From an uncultured bacterium (GTDB taxonomy: Bacteria > Patescibacteriota > Minisyncoccia > Phycocordibacterales > PALSA-1337), in the NCBI GenBank assembly GCA_903842025.1, contig CAIMKX010000009.1, positions 1 through 56,517 on the forward strand: a stretch of DNA of 56,517 nucleotides. The letters run 5' to 3'. Under the pieces are notes generated by a model. It was not told the origin of the DNA. It saw only the letters and a program-made list of their open reading frames with translations, and did not search any database. Position numbers and translations under genes: made by a program. Positions 26,618 through 34,037 of this stretch are shown piece by piece (positions within the stretch are counted from its first letter, which is position 1; every line of letters begins with the position of its first letter).

Positions 26618-27451
26618 TTAAAGTGTAACTGCCTGGCGAGCCCGCAAGTTCGGAAACCTGTCGTCCGGATCGTACCAGTTGACCCAGAACCGGCCGCCGT
26701 AACAGCTCGCGCTCGGGACGCCGCCGACCGAAAGGCGGGAACCAGAACATAATGTCCAATTCCTCAAATCCAAATGGTTCCCAGTCTCCATAAGGTATAC
26801 GAGCTCGAGAAGTTCGCGCTCAAGGAGCGTGACCGTCTTCAACTTCGATTCTTTCTTGGAGATTTGAATGGCTGAGAGGTTTATTAGCTCCTCATCGGCT
26901 TCTGCTACATCCCGGACCCAGATGGCATAAATGCCTCTACTGGGATGACGCTCATCTTTTTCGGCCGGAACCGCTGCATCCAGATCGTTCGAATATCGCC
27001 AACAGTTGAATGATGCGTCGCAGGCGTCATAGACACGATTGTTCGTGAGGGTTGTGTCGCCGATCACGAGAAGACGGTCGTAGTCTTTCTGGCGTTTGGG
27101 GATGATGAGTCCGGAAGTCGTAAACGACCACTTGAGCGACCTGAACATCGCTTCCATGCCGGCAACTTGCTCATCGGTAGAGCGCTCGACGCAAGGTTTG
27201 GGTGTTTCGCGAAGGATTTCGATGCGGGGGCGTGATGGTGAAACCTCTTTTGCAGAAGTTTCTGAAACCATTACCGACGCGTCGGAAAAACCTCTCAAAA
27301 GTCGTGCCGCGATCTCTTCACGACCTTCGTTGGTCACAAACCGATCCACGATTTCCTGAGAGATAACTCCGACATTGCCAGCGATTAAACTGACAAATTT
27401 AAGTCGGCGTGCCGTTTGCTCATCAACAACTATCGAGGGTGCCTTATTCAT
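26618..27451 (-). CDS. DGR variable (target) protein
   Basis: 277-aa ORF whose last ~40 codons are the VR. The C-terminus reads ..CSGSRLSVGGVPSASCYGGRFWVNWYDPDDRFPNLRARQAVTL. Confidence 0.85.
   Translation of the reverse strand: MNKAPSIVVDEQTARRLKFVSLIAGNVGVISQEIVDRFVTNEGREEIAARLLRGFSDASVMVSETSAKEVSPSRPRIEILRETPKPCVERSTDEQVAGMEAMFRSLKWSFTTSGLIIPKRQKDYDRLLVIGDTTLTNNRVYDACDASFNCWRYSNDLDAAVPAEKDERHPSRGIYAIWVRDVAEADEELINLSAIQISKKESKLKTVTLLERELLELVYLMETGNHLDLRNWTLCSGSRLSVGGVPSASCYGGRFWVNWYDPDDRFPNLRARQAVTL
26627..26743 (-). repeat. DGR variable repeat (VR)
   Basis: Differs from TR at 19 positions. Eighteen of these correspond to A in TR on the coding (minus) strand. Confidence 0.85.
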
Positions 27452-27585
27452 AGGGTGCCTCTTCCATTAGGAATCGAGTTCACCCGCGACTTGACGGTGG
27501 GTGTTTGGTTATTCAAGGTACTTACTCGATTCTGGCTGTGTTATACTACTATTAGTATCGTTAGTCAATAGCGCTTGGAAAAATT

Positions 27586-27933
27586 CTAAACCACCCGATT
27601 TTCCTCCATGCGATAGATTATTTTGCCGTGAGATTCGATTTGCTTTTTAAGCTCCTCATTTGTGAGTCTGGAGAAATCCAGGACATCGACGTTGTAGAGG
27701 AAAGATGCGGCATTATTCAGGAATTCACGGAGGCTGCCAGCGGTATTCTCCTTCAAATCCCCTTTTAGGGCGATATCGATATCAGATGTTCTTTTGAAGC
27801 TTCCTAGAGCTCGAGAGCCGAAAATCAGCGCCTGATCGATGTCCGCGTAATGACCAATGGCGTTGACGATGAAACCGAAATGTTCGGCCTCAAGGCCAAA
27901 TTCATTTACTGAGTGATCCTTTAAGGTATTCAT
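27586..27933 (-). CDS. minimal nucleotidyltransferase (MNT/KNTase-type) protein
   Basis: GSRALGSFKRTSDIDIAL matches the GSx10DxD motif of the Pol-beta superfamily. Length 115 aa. Confidence 0.8.
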   Translation of the reverse strand: MNTLKDHSVNEFGLEAEHFGFIVNAIGHYADIDQALIFGSRALGSFKRTSDIDIALKGDLKENTAGSLREFLNNAASFLYNVDVLDFSRLTNEELKKQIESHGKIIYRMEENRVV

Positions 27934-28036
27934 AGAGTTTTTTTGGCACGGGAGTATAATTCATAAAAGATAATATATCATTTTTTAGGGATTTAACATA
28001 ATACTCAAAATATAAATATATTGTTAGAATCGCCTT

Positions 28037-28792
28037 ATGGATGAAGCATTACAAATGGACGGGATCGTCCGTTGCGGCCGATACGCCTTCGGCCCAAACC
28101 GTTTTCATTATTGCGGACCGGACGCCAGCCGCGAGATCAAAGCCTGTATTGACAACAACATTAACGATTATCCTTTGAAAAAACTGCTCGAACAGTTCAA
28201 AAACCTGTTTCCGTACCTTAGATTGATAGCCACGGAAAATAAAATTGCCGATCCTTTCGATAATAGGGTCGTGGAAGCTTATTGGCTTGGAAATTATTAT
28301 CTCAAGAATGTCGAAAAGCGGCCTTACGACCAATTCATAAGAACAGGAATCAGAGCTAAAGAAAAAATGAAATCTCGGGAATTCGACTGGCTTGAGGAAA
28401 AAATCGGCCAGGGCGCTCTTCCCCATCACTCTTTTCACGTATTCAATGTCTGGGCAAAAACCATAGATTTGCCTGGCGGCGAAGCCAAGGCGTTATTCAA
28501 TATGGACGAATGCCGGATCAGTTCCGGCCGGATACAATCGACAAATGGCCCGGAAATCATGGTCAAGACCGAGCCCCTTCTTTATTCCCAAGGTAAAATT
28601 TTTCTGGGCCAACCTGTTTCGAGGACAATCACAAGAAAATTGGAGGCTGAATATGATATAGAAAATTTGAAACCAGGCCAGATAATTTCCATTCATTGGA
28701 GCCAGCCATGCGAAGTCATTACCGAAGCACAGGCGACGCGTTTGCGTCAATTCACTATGGCTAGCATAAAATTCGCAAACCAGACAATGTAA
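28037..28792 (+). CDS. conserved hypothetical protein
   Basis: Clean 251-aa ORF (CGRYAFGPNRFHYCGPD motif). I cannot assign a family with certainty. Confidence 0.55.
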   Translation: MDEALQMDGIVRCGRYAFGPNRFHYCGPDASREIKACIDNNINDYPLKKLLEQFKNLFPYLRLIATENKIADPFDNRVVEAYWLGNYYLKNVEKRPYDQFIRTGIRAKEKMKSREFDWLEEKIGQGALPHHSFHVFNVWAKTIDLPGGEAKALFNMDECRISSGRIQSTNGPEIMVKTEPLLYSQGKIFLGQPVSRTITRKLEAEYDIENLKPGQIISIHWSQPCEVITEAQATRLRQFTMASIKFANQTM

Positions 28793-28807
28793 GAAAAAAG
28801 ACCGCGA

Positions 28808-29941
28808 TTACAGTTTGGTGCTCCACCTCGCGAATATCCCGCACGGCAGTAATCTAGATATTGACCATTCGGCTCTGAGAGCCTCAGACTCGATGAGTTG
28901 ATAATTAATGGTCAACGGCATTTCAGCTTTTTTCATTTTTTCGTTGTCATTTTCCATTTTGATTTTTGATTTTTCAATTCCTGATTCTTGTACCGCCAAC
29001 TCCCCTGTTTCAATATCACCGCCAAGTTTTTCCTTGAGCTTGAGCAAGATATTCTCATAAGCCAGCGCAGAGTAGCCGGAAGCATAACCGTTTATCAGAA
29101 AGAAAAGTGGCTTGTCGCTGAGAAGTTTCAAACAATCCTCGACCAAAGGCAGGAAATCTTCCTCAATCTTCCAGACTTCATTTTCCGGACCATGGCCGAA
29201 GGCCGGCGGATCCATGATGATGCCGTCATACTTCCTTTCGCGCTTGATCTCCCTTTTTACGAAAGATCGGGCGTCTTCCAGAATCCAACGGATTGGTTTC
29301 TTGTCCAGACCGCTTAGCTCCGCATTCTCCCTGGCCCAAGTGACCGCCGCCTTTGAACCGTCGACATGGACGACTTTGGCTCCGGCCTGGGCGCAGGTCA
29401 GTGAGGCGCCACCTGTATAGCCGAAGAGGTTTAGAATTTCAACATCTCGGTTTTGGATTTGACCACCAGACTCTTGCTTGTCATTCCCGCGAAAGCGGGA
29501 ATCCAGTGTTGAATCGTTGGCGCCATTTCCAGCAACACTGGATTCCCGCTTTCGCGGGAATGACACAGTGTTTGCGGATGCGTCATCTTTTGCACCAATG
29601 ACATTTCGCATCCACTTCCAATTTTCCGCCTGTTCCGGAAACAACCCCACATGCTTGAACGGCGTCGGTTTGATCGTAAACTTAAGCCCGACAAACTCGA
29701 TCGGCCAACTATTGGGAGTATTGGGTTTAATAGTCCAGCCTCCTTTAGTTTCTTCCCTACTGAATACACCATCAGCCTTTTTCCATTCAGTGATGTCTAA
29801 TCGTTTAGCCCAAAGCGCCTGTGGATCGGGACGGGAAAGGACGACTTTTCCGAATCGTTCCAGCTTTTCGCCATCGCCGGAATCGAGAAGCTCGTAGTCA
29901 GCTGAAGGCTCGGTTATTAAGATGTTGGTGGTTTTATTCAT
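28808..29941 (-). CDS. class I SAM-dependent (RlmI/RlmK-like) methyltransferase with in-frame palindromic-repeat insertion
   Basis: Motif I LNLFGYTGGASL and motif IV IIMDPPAFG. The segment SFPRKRESS...LDSRFRGNDK is encoded by repeat B6. Confidence 0.8.
   Translation of the reverse strand: MNKTTNILITEPSADYELLDSGDGEKLERFGKVVLSRPDPQALWAKRLDITEWKKADGVFSREETKGGWTIKPNTPNSWPIEFVGLKFTIKPTPFKHVGLFPEQAENWKWMRNVIGAKDDASANTVSFPRKRESSVAGNGANDSTLDSRFRGNDKQESGGQIQNRDVEILNLFGYTGGASLTCAQAGAKVVHVDGSKAAVTWARENAELSGLDKKPIRWILEDARSFVKREIKRERKYDGIIMDPPAFGHGPENEVWKIEEDFLPLVEDCLKLLSDKPLFFLINGYASGYSALAYENILLKLKEKLGGDIETGELAVQESGIEKSKIKMENDNEKMKKAEMPLTINYQLIESEALRAEWSISRLLPCGIFARWSTKL
29480..29564. repeat. family B short element (B6) inside the methyltransferase CDS
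   Basis: Reads gtcattcccgcgaaagcgggaatccagtgttgaa..ttccagcaacactggattcccgctttcgcgggaatgac, and is read through in frame. Confidence 0.85.
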
Positions 29942-29943
29942 GT

Positions 29944-30074
29944 TGCAAATTTCTAATTTCTAATTAACCTAATTTCTAAGAAATACCCAAGCACCAATTT
30001 CCAGAACCAGAACTCGCAATTAGACATTGGGATTTGTTCATTTATTATAAATTAGGAATTAAAAATTAGAAATT
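29944..30074. repeat. family A element, copy A5
   Basis: Termini tgcaaatttctaatt ... aattagaaatt. The right end encodes the VKOR C-terminus (..KISNF*). Confidence 0.8.
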
Positions 30075-30538
30075 TTCCTCCCTTGGTATTTAGCAAAAAC
30101 ATTCATGGCCGTGACAAACAAGATTGTCGAAGTCAAAGCCGAACCCATGCAGTAGGCGCAATATGAATGGATGATGAAGACTTGGAGGAATATGAACCAG
30201 AGCGAGGCCATAAACCCGAGAATAGTTAGGAGAAGCGCCCATTTGAGATGCTTATGGGCCCGACTTTCAAGGAAACCGGAAATACCGACCAAAACCAGAA
30301 AGTAATATATTGAACCGCCCAATGCCACCGGCATGCCGTAAACTGTGGAATACGGACCGGTCAGGACCTTTTCACAGCCGGCGACGATCGAACATGGCGG
30401 CACCCGTCCTTGAAAGTGCTCGACGGTGAGATAAGTCGAGTCGACAAAACCGAACAAGGCGACGATCAAAAGGAAGACCGCGATCTTATTTGGCACCTCC
30501 GACAGCGGCTGTTTCAATAAGTGTTTCAAATTCTGCAT
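30059..30538 (-). CDS. vitamin K epoxide reductase (VKOR) family protein
   Basis: Multi-TM protein with loop Cys pair CSIVAGCEKV and CxxC CAYC. Start set at MQNLKH. Overlaps the dsbA-like gene end. Confidence 0.75.
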   Translation of the reverse strand: MQNLKHLLKQPLSEVPNKIAVFLLIVALFGFVDSTYLTVEHFQGRVPPCSIVAGCEKVLTGPYSTVYGMPVALGGSIYYFLVLVGISGFLESRAHKHLKWALLLTILGFMASLWFIFLQVFIIHSYCAYCMGSALTSTILFVTAMNVFAKYQGRKISNF

Positions 30539-31166
30539 AACTTGGGGGATTATTGATAGGTTTGCCATTGACAAAGAAGGTTGGTGTGGCATTGATACCG
30601 ATACTGACGCCTTCTTTGGATGAATTTGTGATCTTGTCTATCAAAGTCGAATTGCCTTGTCCTGAGCTTGTCGAAGGAGCCATGTCGGCCTTGAACTTGG
30701 GAATATCCAAACCGATGGTCTCGGCGTATTTGACGAATGTCGGCACAGCATCGGGCAATTCCGTCCATTCGGTGTGATTGGCGAAGATGAGCTTGTACAT
30801 GTCCCAGAATTTGCCTTGCGCGCCGGCGGCCTCCGAAGCCAAAGCGGCCGGGACAGCATTGGGATGCTGGGCCAAAGGAAACTGGCGGTAAACGAATCTT
30901 ATCGGAACCGTACTGCTGGCCAACAGTTGTTCTATCTCATAAAAATACATTTCGCAAGCCGGACACTGGAAATCACTGTACTCGATAAGCGTTACAGGAG
31001 CGTCTGATGGTCCGTAAACATGATCTTCACTGGTGATAGGAGCTGGCTCTTTGAGACTAGAGAGAGTGTCCTTGGCCGGCTTATTCATGGCGGCGATAAG
31101 GCCAACGACTATGAGGCCCAGTACGACAATGAAAACGGTCCAGAATGTGATGCGTCTTGAGTTCAT
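30486..31166 (-). CDS. DsbA-family thiol:disulfide oxidoreductase
   Basis: N-terminal TM anchor and thioredoxin active site FQCPACEMY. Confidence 0.85.
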   Translation of the reverse strand: MNSRRITFWTVFIVVLGLIVVGLIAAMNKPAKDTLSSLKEPAPITSEDHVYGPSDAPVTLIEYSDFQCPACEMYFYEIEQLLASSTVPIRFVYRQFPLAQHPNAVPAALASEAAGAQGKFWDMYKLIFANHTEWTELPDAVPTFVKYAETIGLDIPKFKADMAPSTSSGQGNSTLIDKITNSSKEGVSIGINATPTFFVNGKPINNPPSYAEFETLIETAAVGGAK

Positions 31167-31232
31167 GTCGCCAGTTTAAAGGAGAAAGAAAGGTTATGCA
31201 AGGGTTCCTCTGGAAAAGACAACTATTCATTT

Positions 31233-31436
31233 GTTATTCCCGCGAAGGTAGGAATCCAGAATGTCACCAATGACAAAATCCAAATGACAAATTTCCAATC
31301 AAATCTAAAGCTCAAATGTCAAAATTTGGATTTTGGGTTTTGACATTGATTTGTCATTTGAAATTTGAGCTTTGACATTTAACACTGGATTCCTCATTTA
31401 GCAAAATGACCTACTGGGCGCCTTCGCGGGAATGAC
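31233..31436. repeat. family B long composite element, copy B2
   Basis: Collinear with B1 (similar by eye). The right terminal hairpin is interrupted by ~25 extra nt. Confidence 0.8.
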
Positions 31437-31458
31437 AAACGAGAGACTTATCTTAATG

Positions 31459-32211
31459 TCAAATTCCTTCCGTGAGCGAAACAATCCTGTATCCCCTTGA
31501 TTCAATAGTTGAGAAGATCTCATCGAGAATATTGCCGGTGATCTTGTTGCCAAGATGCATGAGATAAATGTTGCCGGGCGCCAGGCTAGAAAGGATCCTC
31601 TCTTTAACGGCTTCGGCTGTCATACCGGTAGACTCCTCCCAATCGCCGGCATCAATTGTCCAGTAAACCGACCAGTAACCTTCTCTGGCGGCGGCTTCAA
31701 GAACTCGATCGTCACGGTCGCCGTAAGGAGGACGAAAGTAAGGCTTCGAAGATGTGCCAACCGCGATCTCCAAACTTATGTTCATCCTTCTCAATTCCAT
31801 AGCAATCTGGCCGTTGTCCAATTCCGTGAGGTGAGGATGATTAAAGGTATGGTTAAAGATCTCATTGCCTTCCTTAGCCATTTTCCGGACCAGATCGGGA
31901 TATGAATGGACGAACTGGCCGGTCAGAAAGAAAGTACCATTGATCCTATGTTTGGACAGAATGGAAAGTATTTGGTCGGCTGAATCGGCGCCGGAACCAC
32001 CGTCAAAAGTAAAGATGACTTGTTTCTTGGAAGTGTCACCGCGAAAAATCTCTTTGGAAGAAACAATATTGGGATGCTCGACAGGTGCAATAGCTGTCGG
32101 CGTTATATGATTGGCCAGAGAATTGATCAAGACGAGAATACAGCCAAGGACAAGAAAGAACAGACCAAGACGAGCTTCGACGGATATATTCAAATCGATA
32201 TCTTGTTGCAC
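31459..32211 (-). CDS. polysaccharide deacetylase (NodB homology domain)
   Basis: FTFDGG..., INGTFFLTG and HTFNHPHL motifs. ORF 31459..32289 probably starts at GTG 32211 (VQQDIDL..), which avoids overlap with uppP. Confidence 0.8.
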   Translation of the reverse strand: MQQDIDLNISVEARLGLFFLVLGCILVLINSLANHITPTAIAPVEHPNIVSSKEIFRGDTSKKQVIFTFDGGSGADSADQILSILSKHRINGTFFLTGQFVHSYPDLVRKMAKEGNEIFNHTFNHPHLTELDNGQIAMELRRMNISLEIAVGTSSKPYFRPPYGDRDDRVLEAAAREGYWSVYWTIDAGDWEESTGMTAEAVKERILSSLAPGNIYLMHLGNKITGNILDEIFSTIESRGYRIVSLTEGI

Positions 32212-32224
32212 AACATATAGTATA

Positions 32225-32995
32225 TCAGATGAATAAGAGCGGAATAAAAACCAAGACCAAGATGATCCGATATATTCCAAAAGCGGCAAAAGAATGATTT
32301 TTCAAATAGGAAAGAAGGAATTTGATGCTGACAATCGCGGCCAGGAAAGAAACGGTGAAGCCGATGCTCAAAGTCCCCATCTCATTCAGGGAAAAGGCGT
32401 TCAAATTCTTGACCAAATCCAAAGCGGTGGCGGCCAAGATCGTCGGCACGGCCAAGAGGAATGAGAATTCGACGATCGCTTCTTTGCTGAGACCCAGGAA
32501 CATTCCGCCAACTATTGTTGCCGCTGATCTGGAGACACCGGGAATTATTGCTATCGCTTGGGCAAAACCGATTAGCGCCGACTTCTTGTAACTCAACTGA
32601 CGGACATTAGTGATCAAGTTTTCCTTTTTGACGAATCCTTCAAAGAAGATGAGGATCAAACCGCCGAGAGCCAGTGAAACGAGGACTATGACCATATTTC
32701 CAAGAAGATAATCTTTGAGAACTTTGTATGCCAGCAAGCCTATCACGGCCGTTGGAATGAAAGCGACAAGCAAACGTTTTAACATTTCGATGTCCCAAAA
32801 TTTCTTCCAGAAGAAAACGATAACAGCCAAAATGGCGCCGCTTTGGATAGCGATCTCAAAGGTTTTGACAAATCCGGTCTGACCGAGACCCAAAACATAT
32901 GAGGCAATGATGAGATGCGCCGTCGAGGAGATCGGTAAAAATTCGGTAAAACCTTCAACAAAACCGAGAATTATGGCGGAAAAGGCGGAGATCAT
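32225..32995 (-). CDS. uppP: undecaprenyl-diphosphate phosphatase
   Basis: FTEFLPISSTAHL and PGVSRSAATI motifs of BacA/UppP. Length 256 aa. Confidence 0.95.
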   Translation of the reverse strand: MISAFSAIILGFVEGFTEFLPISSTAHLIIASYVLGLGQTGFVKTFEIAIQSGAILAVIVFFWKKFWDIEMLKRLLVAFIPTAVIGLLAYKVLKDYLLGNMVIVLVSLALGGLILIFFEGFVKKENLITNVRQLSYKKSALIGFAQAIAIIPGVSRSAATIVGGMFLGLSKEAIVEFSFLLAVPTILAATALDLVKNLNAFSLNEMGTLSIGFTVSFLAAIVSIKFLLSYLKNHSFAAFGIYRIILVLVFIPLLFI

Positions 32996-33091
32996 TCCTT
33001 AAATGATAACATATCCGAAAGGTGCAATAAAAAGCCGAACACGATGAAGTGTCCGGCCGAGTAAACTCCAAACCATCATTCCATTTCTAGA

Positions 33092-33958
33092 TCACTTGAT
33101 GTTGAGTCTGGCAGTGTAAAGAGCGCGAGCCAAGAGATTCCCTGCGCTGATAAGCGGTTCCAGAATCGGTCCACAATTTGAAAAATTGTAGGCTTTTTCA
33201 GGAACGATATTATTCTCTTCGAAGACCAGATCAAGCATTTTCTTGAAAACTTCCGAAGTCGGAACATGCTGACCGTGCTCAATGTGTTTGAGCAAATCAA
33301 AATGCCGCATAAGGATAATAATTTCGCGCCAATATAGTTCAGCGGGCTTGAAATCCGGAGTCTGCCCCGTACAATTCCATCTCGCATTCAGCATACTCCA
33401 AGCGTTCATCGTGAACCGCTCGGCAAACTTGCGAGCGACGTCCAGGTAGTGTCTTCCTTTATTCTTCCCTAACCGTTCTGGATTGTACGGTCGCAGGTTG
33501 TCATAACCGCCATAACCGCCAAACGGGCGGAAAAACCAGAGAAGTTTGGAAAATAGAGGTTCCTCGTAAGGCAACATGAGGGGATACTGAGCCTTTTGTT
33601 CCTCCGTCTGAGCAAAAAAATTATTGCATAAGATGGCGAAGGCATTTGCACTGAGGTTCGATTTCAAATCAACGATCGAAGCATACGATTCGAGCGTAAA
33701 GCGGAAACCCGTATTTTGCGGCAAACCATCAAAGACACGATGCTCACCATGCCTATCGGCCAACTCCAGAAAAAAGAGGAATCGCTCGGGGCCGTTCCCG
33801 TCCCTCTTCTGGCTCTTATGCAACCATTCTAGACGGTCATCATACAGCATCGGCCTTTTCCATCGTTTCAACATGTTCTCCCAACTTTCGACTCCTTCCG
33901 ATATCTCGATCGAGTCCAGCGCGTGGGGTTCGCGCTTCTCATCAGCTTCATTTTTCAT
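33092..33958 (-). CDS. hypothetical protein (Trp/Arg-rich, soluble)
   Basis: 288-aa ORF with coherent coding appearance. No family recognised. Confidence 0.45.
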   Translation of the reverse strand: MKNEADEKREPHALDSIEISEGVESWENMLKRWKRPMLYDDRLEWLHKSQKRDGNGPERFLFFLELADRHGEHRVFDGLPQNTGFRFTLESYASIVDLKSNLSANAFAILCNNFFAQTEEQKAQYPLMLPYEEPLFSKLLWFFRPFGGYGGYDNLRPYNPERLGKNKGRHYLDVARKFAERFTMNAWSMLNARWNCTGQTPDFKPAELYWREIIILMRHFDLLKHIEHGQHVPTSEVFKKMLDLVFEENNIVPEKAYNFSNCGPILEPLISAGNLLARALYTARLNIK

Positions 33959-34037
33959 AGAACAATCCTTTTGTTATGCACCGCTATTTGGTGCGCCTAA
34001 AGAGAACATTACTACGAATTAGATAAGAGTCAACAAA

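Noticed and set aside
28900-28990. Second repeat-derived insertion near the methyltransferase C-terminus (IEKSKIKMENDNEKMKKAE)
   Set aside because: The DNA is only AT-rich low complexity and has no collinear match to families A-C. I cannot separate an insertion from a lineage-specific linker without an alignment.
4077-31436. CRISPR array formed by the recurring gtcattcccgcgaaagcgggaat repeats
   Set aside because: The copies are palindromic and irregularly spaced (kilobases apart). They occur as inverted pairs, with no cas genes or uniform spacers.
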